From Calditrichota bacterium (lineage in GTDB: Bacteria; Calditrichota; Calditrichia; RBG-13-44-9), in NCBI GenBank assembly GCA_024276455.1, contig JAJRXE010000091.1:1-34448 (forward strand): a DNA stretch of 34,448 nt. The letters run 5' to 3'. A model generated the notes under the pieces. The model made no database searches and had not been told where the DNA came from. It saw only the letters and a program-made list of their open reading frames with translations. The position numbers were made by a program, and so were the translations under genes. The stretch's first letter is position 1; each line of letters begins with the position of its first letter. Of this stretch, positions 1-9,144 are shown in pieces.

Positions 1-3000
1 AAGACCAGTAATACAGGGGTCCCTCGGAGCGGTAGCCGTTGAAATTCCAGGCCACATCGAACCGCAGCAAGAATCCCAGAAAAATAATCCGGGCGCCCAC
101 ACCGTAACCACTGAGAATGTCGTCGAACTGCAATTGTCCCTGCGCATTGCGGGTAAATCCGCGGAAGTCCGAGAAATCCCACCAGTTTCCGCGGCTGTAC
201 CAGGCGCTTCCCACATCGTAAAACAGGGCACCGCGTACATTGAACAGAGAAATGGGCGGAAAACCGATTGTCAAATATTCAATCAGGGGGAAACGAAACT
301 CCATATTCATCAGGAAGAAGCGGTCGCCCACCCGATCGTAGTAGATCGCCCCCCGCAACGGGGTCACAAATTCCGAGAAGAACACGTCGTCAATCCGATC
401 CACCCGGATTCCGATCCGGTATTTGCGGTTGATCCAGTTGTCGATACCACCCAGGAAAAATTGTTGGGCATTTTTTCCGAAGCTGGCTCCGGCAGTTGCC
501 CGAAACGCGAAGCTGTACTGGGCACCCAGCTTGAAGTAACGCCGATAGTCAAACTTGATGGTCTGAAAATCGCGGCCGTCTTTGTTGTATTTGAAACTGG
601 AACGCAGGGTAATAATGTAGCGGGAACCGTCCACCGGCGCCAGAATGCCCCATCGGTAGCCCCACAGGACATTGTCGTGCACGTAATTGAGCTCCGGAAT
701 ACCGGTGCTGACTTTCTCAGTCGGCAAAGGCAGCTCCATATATTCCAGAAACACATTGTACCAAACCAGACTGAAATCCAACCGCTTAAAGCGGTTAAAC
801 GGATAGGAGGCATACCAGAAAGACCCAAAATTGCGGTAGCGGATCAGATCGTACCCGTTGCGCAGGAAGAAGTAAACCAGATGGTAACCGCCCACGCCAA
901 AATTAATGCGATGTTTCAAAAAGTAATAGGCGATGTTGAAGTCGCTGTTGCGTAGGTCAGCCACCAGGTTGGTGTTAATAATAATTTTATGATCGCCCAG
1001 CAAATCGCTGAACGCGAAATACGTATACCCCTGAAAACCGTAAAAGGTATTGTAACCGGCCACCCCGGTTACAAAATCGGGCGAGAACTTCAATTTGTAG
1101 CGGTGTCGCTTATAGTTGCCAAATTCGTCTTTCAACTTCTGCTCGGGCAGTTCCACGTTCCGGGCTGCTTTTTCCCTGGATCGCGGACGGTACTGCCCGA
1201 AAACGTAGTGACTGAAATCCGCCGGGGCTTCCCCTTTCATCTTTTTGGTGGTCTCCGTGGCGGTGGTATCCCCGGAGCTCTCTTCCCGCTGCGGTTCCCA
1301 GAACCGCGAATATACGGGAACCTCCGGACCACGGAGGTCCTGAACGTAACGGGTCGGACGCAACTCCACCGGTTCCACTTCCAGCGGATTGTTCATGAGG
1401 AAAATGTCGAATCCTCCTTTGTAGAAAGTGGAAAACACCATCTTATGAGCGCCACGGTCCCACCCAATCTGAAAAATTCCGGAAATAATATTGGTGACGG
1501 GGTAGTAATCTCCGGTTTCCAGATTCATCAGGTAAAGATTGAAGATGCCGTTTTCGTCGGAGGTGAAGGCAATTTTTTTGCCATCCGGAGAGAAAATGGG
1601 GGTGGCTTCTTCCCAGGGGGTATTGGTTCGGCGCTGCAACTGACCGGTTTGCAAATCCAGAATGTAAATATCGCGGTACTGGTAATCGAAATCGCTCATT
1701 TTAAAATCGGGGGGAATCTGAGAGGCGTCCAGATAGTCCTGGCGATCGGAAACAAAAGCCAGATAACGCCCGTCCGGCGACCAGGCGGGCTGATCGTCGG
1801 TGAAAATGTCGTTGGTCAGCTGCTCAATTTTTCCACTGTCGAGGTGGTAAAGGTAAATATCGCTCTGTCCGTCTTTGTTCCCCACAAAGGCAATTTTACT
1901 TCCGTCCGGCGACCAGGCGGTCGTAAAGGCGCCGTCCAGATTCTTCATGAGATGTTTTTCGATTTTCCCACTGCGAATGTCCACGATGTAAAGGGCATCC
2001 CAGGGACCGCTTTTAGCCGCCAGCACCAGCTTCCTCCCGTCGGGCGAGAAACTCATTCCGGGACGCAGAAAGTGCAGCTCTTCGAAACTCTCGGTCCGCT
2101 GTCCCCGGATTAACACCTTCAACTCCTTCCCATCGATGGCGGAAACCAGGTGAACCTCCTGATAACCGCTCTTGTCGGTGATGTAGGCAATCTTATCTCC
2201 CATGGGAGAAATGGCCGGGCTCACGTTCAGATAATTGCGCCATTTTTCGTGATTGGTAATCCGCTTGGCAATCTCGCGGGGCAACTTGCGGTCGGCGATT
2301 TCCGGGAGGTAAATTCGTTTCAAATAGGTGTGCCATTTCTCAGTAAAATCTTTGTAATCCAGCCCCAGGGTCGATCTCAACACCCGGTTAAAAGCTACTT
2401 TTCCGCGGGATTTGCTGAGAATCTCGCCAATTTTCTCCCGGCCGTACTTTTCGGCAATGAAGCGAAAGACCGAATTGCCTCCCTGATAAACCAGAAACCA
2501 TTCCAGGTACTGCAAAGGGGGAATGTAATTGTTCAACACCGCATCGCGCACAATCATGTCGGTCCGGATGTCCCAACCGACCGACTCGAATTCCGCCAAC
2601 CCCTCGGAAACCCACAGAGGAACCGGGGCCACTTCGCCCATAATCAGCGATTGCACCGATCCGCCGTAAAGCATGTCGTTCATCACGGCATGGACCAGTT
2701 CATGGTGAATAACGTGGCGAAACTGTTCGTACGAGCCCTCGAAAGGAACCACCACCCGGTTTTTGTACAACTCGGTGACCCCACCGATTCCCTCTTCCAG
2801 ATATTCAATCACCACATTGGTTTGCTGCCAGTCGTTGTGGGAATTGTACACAATAATCACCACCCGCTTGCTCAGCTTGTAATTAAAATCCCGACTGATC
2901 TGTTTATACGCTTTCTCGGCGGTCTCGGCAGTAAACTCGGCAATTTTTTCGCCTCCGGGATAATAGTAAATATCGAAGTGCTTGCTCTGAATGTAATACC

Positions 3001-3106
3001 ACTTGAAATTTTTATATTGAATTTTGTTCTTTCCGAACGACTGGGCCTGCACCGGGAGGAAGAAGAGGAAAACAAAGATGGGAAAGAGCAAAATTTTGAA
3101 TTTCAT
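1..3106 (-). CDS. Secreted peptidase (MA clan) - PD40/TolB-like beta-propeller - Omp85/BamA-type barrel fusion protein; last few codons lie outside the window
   Basis: Not in the ORF track because the stop codon is outside the window. Segments translated by hand from ATG 3106 (SD GGAGG upstream) give signal peptide MKFKILLFPIFVFLFFLPVQA|QSFGKNKIQY, a zinc motif HHELVH...PLWVSEGLAE, PD40 repeats (PAISPMGDKIAY, FSPDGRKLVL, WSPDG), a barrel motif PLRGAIYY...MEFRFPL and C-terminal RFDVAWNF...YYWS. All sampled segments are in the same frame. Confidence 0.9.
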   Translation of the reverse strand, partial: MKFKILLFPIFVFLFFLPVQAQSFGKNKIQYKNFKWYYIQSKHFDIYYYPGGEKIAEFTAETAEKAYKQISRDFNYKLSKRVVIIVYNSHNDWQQTNVVIEYLEEGIGGVTELYKNRVVVPFEGSYEQFRHVIHHELVHAVMNDMLYGGSVQSLIMGEVAPVPLWVSEGLAEFESVGWDIRTDMIVRDAVLNNYIPPLQYLEWFLVYQGGNSVFRFIAEKYGREKIGEILSKSRGKVAFNRVLRSTLGLDYKDFTEKWHTYLKRIYLPEIADRKLPREIAKRITNHEKWRNYLNVSPAISPMGDKIAYITDKSGYQEVHLVSAIDGKELKVLIRGQRTESFEELHFLRPGMSFSPDGRKLVLAAKSGPWDALYIVDIRSGKIEKHLMKNLDGAFTTAWSPDGSKIAFVGNKDGQSDIYLYHLDSGKIEQLTNDIFTDDQPAWSPDGRYLAFVSDRQDYLDASQIPPDFKMSDFDYQYRDIYILDLQTGQLQRRTNTPWEEATPIFSPDGKKIAFTSDENGIFNLYLMNLETGDYYPVTNIISGIFQIGWDRGAHKMVFSTFYKGGFDIFLMNNPLEVEPVELRPTRYVQDLRGPEVPVYSRFWEPQREESSGDTTATETTKKMKGEAPADFSHYVFGQYRPRSREKAARNVELPEQKLKDEFGNYKRHRYKLKFSPDFVTGVAGYNTFYGFQGYTYFAFSDLLGDHKIIINTNLVADLRNSDFNIAYYFLKHRINFGVGGYHLVYFFLRNGYDLIRYRNFGSFWYASYPFNRFKRLDFSLVWYNVFLEYMELPLPTEKVSTGIPELNYVHDNVLWGYRWGILAPVDGSRYIITLRSSFKYNKDGRDFQTIKFDYRRYFKLGAQYSFAFRATAGASFGKNAQQFFLGGIDNWINRKYRIGIRVDRIDDVFFSEFVTPLRGAIYYDRVGDRFFLMNMEFRFPLIEYLTIGFPPISLFNVRGALFYDVGSAWYSRGNWWDFSDFRGFTRNAQGQLQFDDILSGYGVGARIIFLGFLLRFDVAWNFNGYRSEGPLYYWS

Positions 3107-3293
3107 CGAACCTCCTAAAAACATTAAAACACCTTGTTTAAGTGTTTAAATCTAAATATTTTATTCCTCGACTACAATATTTTATGTTTTATTTTTTCAA
3201 ATAGATTACATATTTTTTCTTTCAAGTATGAAACCCTCAACAAGGATGCAGGGTTCCTGATTTTATCAGACAATTTTTACGGAGGATTCTTTC

Positions 3294-3686
3294 TTGAGTA
3301 TTGCCAAAATATTTTCGAATCCGTTTCCGAAAGTAGGAATCTTCCTTTTCCTGGCTGTGGGATTTCTTTCCTTTTTAAGTGGTTGCGAGAAGAAAACACC
3401 CGTTCCAGATCAGACACCCTGGCCGGCCATCGTGAAAGACCTCAAGGTCATTCAGGATTTGCGGGTCGCCGATTCCACCAAACGCAGGTACCTCGAACAG
3501 ACTTTGCACCGCTACGGAATAAGCACCCCGGAATATCAGCAATTCGTCAAAGAAATGAAGAAAAAATCCGCCGCCGAAGACATCCAGTTTTTGAAGTCTG
3601 TCGAGCGGCTCTTGCTGAAGGAAATGAAGGCGGAGGCCAAAAAGCAGGTGCCGAAGGTTCCGAAATCTCCGCCGCCGAAGCGGTAA
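3294..3686 (+). CDS. Small hypothetical lipoprotein (possibly DUF4296-like)
   Basis: GGAGGA SD before a TTG start, hydrophobic signal ending in lipobox LSGC, helical charged body and a Pro/Lys-rich tail. Confidence 0.7.
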   Translation: MSIAKIFSNPFPKVGIFLFLAVGFLSFLSGCEKKTPVPDQTPWPAIVKDLKVIQDLRVADSTKRRYLEQTLHRYGISTPEYQQFVKEMKKKSAAEDIQFLKSVERLLLKEMKAEAKKQVPKVPKSPPPKR

Positions 3687-3752
3687 CGCTTTTCCCTCCC
3701 GCAGCGCATTAAAAATGCCCCCCCGGCCAATTTCCCCGGTACCGGGTCAATT

Positions 3753-3786
3753 AAAAAAGCCCGGCGGGGAGGTCCCCAACCGGGCT
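3753..3786 (-). terminator. Rho-independent terminator downstream of the fumarate hydratase gene
   Basis: The minus strand reads AGCCCGG-TTGGGGACCTCCCCG-CCGGGC-TTTTTT, a GC stem followed by a U tract, between convergent genes. Confidence 0.8.
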
Positions 3787-3805
3787 GAGGCTCCGAAGTC
3801 CCTGT

Positions 3806-5329
3806 TTATTTTTCCAGAAGCGATTTCAGCTTCTCTTTGGCCAGTTTTTCCACCTTTTCATGGAGCGAATTGTTGTGGCTGTCCATGGTGACCACCACCG
3901 GGAAATTTTCCACCTCGAAGTGCCAGACGGCTTCGGGACTGCCGAACTCTTCCAGGTACACCCCTTTCACCTTTTTAATTGCTTTGGCGTAAATCTGGGC
4001 CGCTCCGCCGATGGCATGGAAATACACCGCTCCGTATTTATTGCAGGCTTCCAGGGTGTTCTTGCCCATGCCGCCCTTACCGATTACACCGCGCAGATTA
4101 AAGCGGCGAATCACTTCCGCCTGGTACGGTTCTTCCCGGATGGAGGTGGTCGGACCCGCCGCCATCACTTTCCACTCGTCGCCCTCTTTTACAATCACCG
4201 GGCCGCAGTGGTAAATAATGCCGCCCTTAATGACGTCCAGGTCGCCGCCGTCGTAGAGGTAGCGGTGCACGGCATCCCGACCGGTAAACATGTCGCCGTT
4301 CAGCAGCACCACATCCCCCACTTTCAGACTGCGAATATCCTCTTCGGAAATCGGCGTGTGGAGCACCTTTACGTTCGAGGCATCGAAGGTAATCTCTTCG
4401 GCCAGCTTGGAGTAATCCACCTCGAACTCGCCCGGTTTCTGGTACAACCATTCCTTCACATTGCCTTCCAGGTCCAGAATGAATCCCCGTCGGCGATAGG
4501 CCCAGCACATGTAAGCAATGCTAACAAAATACGAAGCCGGCAACCGATTCAGGTAGTCAATCTTGATGCCACCCAGGGTAAACTTACCGCCGAATCCCAT
4601 GGGCCCGATTTCCAGCTCGTTGGCTTCCTGCATGATTTCCTGCTCCAAACGGGCGAGCTCCTCGTACTCATTAATGTCGTCCAGTTTACGCAGCAGTTGT
4701 TTTTTGGCCTGGGAATACCCGGTGGCGCGATCGCCGCCAATGCACACGCCTAAAAAGCCCGGACTGCACCCTTTCCCCTGCGCCTGCACCAGGGCGTCCA
4801 GAATTACCGCTTTTACGCCTTCCAGGTCGCGCCCGAATTTTTTACCGTTAATGGTGGCTGGCAATTTGTACTGGGAACTCATATTCTCGCAGCCGCCGCC
4901 TTTCAGAATCAGCCGCACGTCCACATCGTCGCCGCGGGTTTGTTCAAAATAAAACACCGGGCTCCCTTTACCCAGGTTGTTACCCGTGTTTTTCCCTTTC
5001 AGGGTGTCCACGGAATTTTGCCGCAGATAGCCCCGCTCGGTGGCAATCACCACCGCTTCTTCGGCCGCTTTCTGGAACAGTAATTGATCGTATCCAACCG
5101 GACATTTCACGTAAAAGGTAATCGTTCCGGTGTCCTGGCAGATGGGCAAAGAGCGTTTCTTCGCCAACCCGACGTTTTGAATAATCATATCCATGGCCAT
5201 CTCCGCCATGGAGCTTTTCGCTTCCAGATTCTTCTTTAAATTCAATACCTCTTCAACGTCCGGGGGTAAATAAGCCGAGGTTCTGCGAATTAACTCCAGC
5301 AAATTGTCCCGTAAAGCTTCGTAGTTCAT
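3806..5329 (-). CDS. fumA: Class I (Fe-S) fumarate hydratase with fused alpha/beta domains (fumarate/tartrate hydro-lyase family)
   Basis: Motifs PICQDTG, KGGGCEN, GCSPG, GPMGFGG, MCWAYRR, GRDAVH, GPTTSIRE and GKGGM; GAGGAGG SD. Confidence 0.88.
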   Translation of the reverse strand: MNYEALRDNLLELIRRTSAYLPPDVEEVLNLKKNLEAKSSMAEMAMDMIIQNVGLAKKRSLPICQDTGTITFYVKCPVGYDQLLFQKAAEEAVVIATERGYLRQNSVDTLKGKNTGNNLGKGSPVFYFEQTRGDDVDVRLILKGGGCENMSSQYKLPATINGKKFGRDLEGVKAVILDALVQAQGKGCSPGFLGVCIGGDRATGYSQAKKQLLRKLDDINEYEELARLEQEIMQEANELEIGPMGFGGKFTLGGIKIDYLNRLPASYFVSIAYMCWAYRRRGFILDLEGNVKEWLYQKPGEFEVDYSKLAEEITFDASNVKVLHTPISEEDIRSLKVGDVVLLNGDMFTGRDAVHRYLYDGGDLDVIKGGIIYHCGPVIVKEGDEWKVMAAGPTTSIREEPYQAEVIRRFNLRGVIGKGGMGKNTLEACNKYGAVYFHAIGGAAQIYAKAIKKVKGVYLEEFGSPEAVWHFEVENFPVVVTMDSHNNSLHEKVEKLAKEKLKSLLEK

Positions 5330-5715
5330 GGTGTGATCCTCCTCGCGATTAAATTTTTTCTAAAATTAAATTAAGAAAAAATTCCTAAAATTCAAGAAAT
5401 GAAAACAATTTACGGGAAAGAAATTACCAGGCGCCCAGCGCCTGCCTTCTTTTCCCTCGAAGCAGCCGAACCGGTAGTCAACAAACCAGCAAGCCGGAAC
5501 AACCCGTTTTCCCATTTTGGCAAGTCCTTATTTTTAATAAAATTAAACCGTCTCATTTTTAAGGAACAAAATTCAATATTTCTTGACTCATTTTCCATCC
5601 TTTCATTAAAAAAACGATTCCGGCGCAAAGACGGGAAGGTTTCGCGTTTTTTGAAAAACATTTCACAGTGTGACGGGTATGTCGCCCGGGCCGTGAAAAC
5701 GACTGCGCCGGCCGC

Positions 5716-6621
5716 TTACAGATTAAACGCCACCGAAAAACGGTGCCCGTTGCCCAAATCATTGCTAAAGGGACTCAAACTGTAATCCAGACGGATGCCG
5801 GAACGAAAGAATCCCAAACCGAGGGTCCAGTTGCGGGAATCCATTCCGTTCAACCAACCGCCTCGCAGCGCCAGATGCCGAAACAGTAGCAATTCCATTC
5901 CCAGATGGGTTTGCAGGGTTTCTTCCAGCGGTTTCAGCAGATCGAGGGCCAGATTGGCGGTAAACGTCGGGGTCCGAAAGCGAACGGGCAGGAGGACTCC
6001 CAACCGCACCAGGGCGGGCAGGCGGGTCTCTTCGGCCAGAAGACGATTCATTTTGCCACCATTCTGGAACACCAGGGCCACCCGGGCATCGTTAAATGGC
6101 AAACGGTAGTTGGCACCCAGATCGATCGCAAAACCGTTGGCGTTTTCAATAAATATTTTCTCGTACAAGTACTTTACCGTTACTCCCAGCGAGAAATTCT
6201 CTTTTAGCAAACGGGAGTAACTAATTCCCAACGAGAGGTAATTGGCCGAGGTTTTTTCCAGCGGCTGCGGCGTGGGCGTGGAACGCACCGCAATGTCGCC
6301 AATGTTAAAGCTGTACACATGAAATCCCCACACGCCCGCACCCTGTTTTAAGGCCAGCGCGGCAAATTCTCCCCGAATTCCCTGTACCCACTCGGTGTGA
6401 TTAAAAATTACTTCCGAGGAAGACGTTTGGTTTAATCCGGCGGGATTCCAATACGTTGCCGCCGCCCCACTCGCCAGAGCGGTGTACGCTTCGCCCATTC
6501 CGGTTGAACGGGCATCGATGGGAATTTTCAAAAAAGAGAGCCCTGTGGAACCGGCATCGCCGGCCAGCAAGGCCTGGTTCAAAAGACCCAACAACCAAAA
6601 CAATGCAACTAACTTTCTCAT
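5716..6621 (-). CDS. PorV/PorQ-family outer-membrane beta-barrel (UPF0164-like)
   Basis: Signal peptide, the PorV/FadL-type N-terminal motif FLKIPIDARSTGMGEAYTA...YWNPAGL, alternating beta-strands and C-terminal HRFSVAFNL. Confidence 0.85.
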   Translation of the reverse strand: MRKLVALFWLLGLLNQALLAGDAGSTGLSFLKIPIDARSTGMGEAYTALASGAAATYWNPAGLNQTSSSEVIFNHTEWVQGIRGEFAALALKQGAGVWGFHVYSFNIGDIAVRSTPTPQPLEKTSANYLSLGISYSRLLKENFSLGVTVKYLYEKIFIENANGFAIDLGANYRLPFNDARVALVFQNGGKMNRLLAEETRLPALVRLGVLLPVRFRTPTFTANLALDLLKPLEETLQTHLGMELLLFRHLALRGGWLNGMDSRNWTLGLGFFRSGIRLDYSLSPFSNDLGNGHRFSVAFNL

Positions 6622-6670
6622 ATATCCCTCAACATTTTCTACTGTGACCCGTCATTTTTCTTGCTAATCT

Positions 6671-7606
6671 TTAAAATAAAAACGTCCAGGTAAAAATGTG
6701 GCTGGCACCTTCGTCGATAATGGAACTGGTAAAACCGTAATCCAGCAGCGCATGAATCCCGAAGCCGGTTTTAATTTCCACCCCACCGCCAACGGTGAAA
6801 TGATCTTTATCGTACCCCACGCGCAGCGCCGCCATGGGCACCCGGGCTTCCAGACCAATGTGGTGAGCCTTCTCCCCTTTGTTGCTCCACTCAAAATCGT
6901 ACGCCAGCCGCAACCAGCGCCAGGGCGAAACGGCGTACAGTCCCAGGCGATTGGAAAGCGGGAAACGGTTGACGATGGTCATTCCCCGTTCGAAAATTTT
7001 GTCGGAATTGGATTCCAGTTTCCCGTTAATATCTTTGATCTGGTATCCCAGCGCCAACCAGGAAAACGCCTTGAAAAAAATACCCACATCGCCGCCCAAT
7101 CCCTTCCCGGTGTAGTCGAAACTGCCGTCCGGTCCGCTTAATTTTTCCAGCAAGTATTTGGCAGAAAGCCCAATGGAAAGGCGGTTTTTCAGAAATTCCA
7201 GTCCAAAGGAAAAATAGAAAGCGTGTAAACCGTGTGAGATTTCACCGGTACGCACTCCGGACGAATTGTAGGCGGAAATGTCCTTTACGCCGCTGTAAAT
7301 CCAGCCCAGAGCAATGCCGGCACTGGGCCGAATTGGGGTTGCGAACCCGATGTAATTGAATCGCCTATCCAACGACAGGAAGCTGTAGGAGAGGTTCACC
7401 TGCCGCTGGTTTAAAAAAGGCAAGCCGGCCGGATTGTAAAAAAAACCCAGACCATTGTCGGGCGAAGCAACCTGAGCGTTTCCCATGGAAATTCCCCGGG
7501 CACCCAGACCAATTCGTAAATAAGAACCGGCAAATCCGCCATTTCCTTCCGCCCAGAGGGAGGCACTATATACGATTATAATGAGCAAAACGGTTGTCCA
7601 TCTCAT
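6671..7606 (-). CDS. PorV/PorQ-family outer-membrane beta-barrel, second paralogue
   Basis: Signal peptide, YLRIGLGARGISMGNAQVA...FYNPAGL and a terminal aromatic strand HIFTWTFLF. Confidence 0.82.
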   Translation of the reverse strand: MRWTTVLLIIIVYSASLWAEGNGGFAGSYLRIGLGARGISMGNAQVASPDNGLGFFYNPAGLPFLNQRQVNLSYSFLSLDRRFNYIGFATPIRPSAGIALGWIYSGVKDISAYNSSGVRTGEISHGLHAFYFSFGLEFLKNRLSIGLSAKYLLEKLSGPDGSFDYTGKGLGGDVGIFFKAFSWLALGYQIKDINGKLESNSDKIFERGMTIVNRFPLSNRLGLYAVSPWRWLRLAYDFEWSNKGEKAHHIGLEARVPMAALRVGYDKDHFTVGGGVEIKTGFGIHALLDYGFTSSIIDEGASHIFTWTFLF

Positions 7607-7619
7607 AAATTGTTTTCCT

Positions 7620-9122
7620 TTAATTAATGACTACAATTTTACCCCAGGTTACTTTATCCTGAATGTGGGCGCGAAAAAAGTACACCCCATTGTCCACCAG
7701 GCGTCCGTTACTATCTCTCCCGTCCCAGGCAAGGGAGCGGTCTGAACCGGGGGAAACGGGACCGGCCTCGGTTTTCGTCAGGGTAACGACTTTTTCCAGC
7801 GCAAAGTTAAAGATTTCGATTTCCACGGTGGTGGGAGCCGAAATATCGTACTGGAAACGGATGTAATTTCCCCGCGCCGGAGAGAACGGATTCGGATAGG
7901 CGTACACCGCCGGATCGGTTCGTTCGGTGGTGGAAACAAAACTGCGAAAGATGGTCCAGGTAAAGCCGTTGTCCGCCGTCATGGCCAGTCCGTCGCTGCT
8001 CCCCACCCAGAGCCGATGTTGAACGCCCTGCAGCGGCGAGGTGGCGACGGAATAGAAATAATTGGTCAACAACTGTTCGCCGGTTTGACTGTCCACGATG
8101 GCGGGAAACTGGTACCAGCTTTTACCGCCGTCCACCGATTTAAAGACGCCTTTTTCGGTGGCCACGTAGGTAACGGAATCGTAAAAAGCAATATTGCGAG
8201 GGAAAGCGCCGTCGCTGAGTTCCTCTTTCAGGCAGATTTCCCAGGTTTGTCCGCCATCCGGAGTTTTACTGATGGCAAAATATTCGTTGCCTCCGGTGGG
8301 CAGGGTTGCCGCCCACACGCTGCCGTCCCAGGGATTATAGGCCAGGGCAATACACCAATTCCCGGAAATCCCTCCCGGTTCCGGCTCGCCATTCTCCACC
8401 CGAAATCGGGTCCAGGTTTGCCCACCGTCGATGGATTTGCTAATTCCATCTGCGGTGCCCACCCAGATGTTCCCGTTTTCCGCCATGACGGCGAAGCCCC
8501 GATGGTTGAGGTAATCCAGCGCGCTGAAAGGTTTGCCGTCCGTGGTTACCACCTCCCAGGTCTGTCCTCCGTCCAGGGAACGCCGGATTCCCCCTCCAAA
8601 GCTGGCAATCCAGATCTGATTGTCCAGAAAGGCAATGTCGAAGGTTACGTTTTGCACTGCCGTGGTGGTGGGACGCTTTCCGTTCAGGGTGTCGTCGCGG
8701 GCATCCCGGGGCTGGGGAATGAAAACCCATTCACTGCTCCCGGGAGGCAGGTACCGTAACCCACCGCCAACCGCCAGGCTTTGTCCCTCTTCCACGGTGG
8801 TGTCGTAGGCGGTGGCAATCCAGATGGTGCCGTCCGCCGCGACGGCCAGCGCAGATATTCCGCCTTTGCCGCCGTATTCCGTGGGAGTAAAATTCTGCCA
8901 GCTGCTTCCAAGGTCCCGGGTAACGCTTAAACCGAAGCCGGTTGCCGCGTAAAGTACCCCGTCCTGCCAGACCAGATCAGTCACTCCATTACCCACCAAT
9001 CCGTTGCTATCCGGTTCCTCCTGGAACAGTTTAAAATTGGTCATTATTTGGGAAACGGCGGGACTGTGCACCCACAGCAGCACTCCCAGCGTCAAATAAA
9101 TCAGATTGCGAGTCGCTTTCAT
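7620..9122 (-). CDS. Secreted Asp-box (BNR) beta-propeller protein with a T9SS type A / FlgD-Ig C-terminal sorting domain (PorZ-like architecture)
   Basis: Signal peptide; six Asp boxes (TRDLGSSW, SLDGGQTW, SIDGGQTW, TPDGGQTW, SVDGGKSW, TADNGFTW); C-terminal YAYPNPF...WDGRDSNGRLVDNGVYF...GKIVVIN. Confidence 0.8.
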   Translation of the reverse strand: MKATRNLIYLTLGVLLWVHSPAVSQIMTNFKLFQEEPDSNGLVGNGVTDLVWQDGVLYAATGFGLSVTRDLGSSWQNFTPTEYGGKGGISALAVAADGTIWIATAYDTTVEEGQSLAVGGGLRYLPPGSSEWVFIPQPRDARDDTLNGKRPTTTAVQNVTFDIAFLDNQIWIASFGGGIRRSLDGGQTWEVVTTDGKPFSALDYLNHRGFAVMAENGNIWVGTADGISKSIDGGQTWTRFRVENGEPEPGGISGNWCIALAYNPWDGSVWAATLPTGGNEYFAISKTPDGGQTWEICLKEELSDGAFPRNIAFYDSVTYVATEKGVFKSVDGGKSWYQFPAIVDSQTGEQLLTNYFYSVATSPLQGVQHRLWVGSSDGLAMTADNGFTWTIFRSFVSTTERTDPAVYAYPNPFSPARGNYIRFQYDISAPTTVEIEIFNFALEKVVTLTKTEAGPVSPGSDRSLAWDGRDSNGRLVDNGVYFFRAHIQDKVTWGKIVVIN

Positions 9123-9144
9123 ATTTTCCTCAAAAAGTTTTCAA

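Noticed and set aside
134-3118. Three long plus-strand ORFs (134-955, 989-2113, 2150-3118)
   Set aside because: They are codon-aligned antisense shadows of the real minus-strand Omp85 fusion gene and show no protein motifs.
3134-3712. 192 aa plus-strand ORF overlapping the lipoprotein
   Set aside because: It starts in AT-rich promoter DNA with no SD. The overlapping frame 3294-3686 has both an SD and a lipobox.
3793-3808. Similar sequence just after the fumarase and cmk stop codons (CCGAAGTCCCTGTTTA versus CCGAGTCCCCTGTTTTA near 18666)
   Set aside because: It is short, imperfect and seen only twice, which is compatible with chance.
7960-8920. Recurring DNA motif CCAGGT(T/C)TG.CC.CC.TC as a possible CRISPR or tandem repeat
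   Set aside because: The copies are irregularly spaced, degenerate at third codon positions and encode the Asp-box repeats of the propeller.
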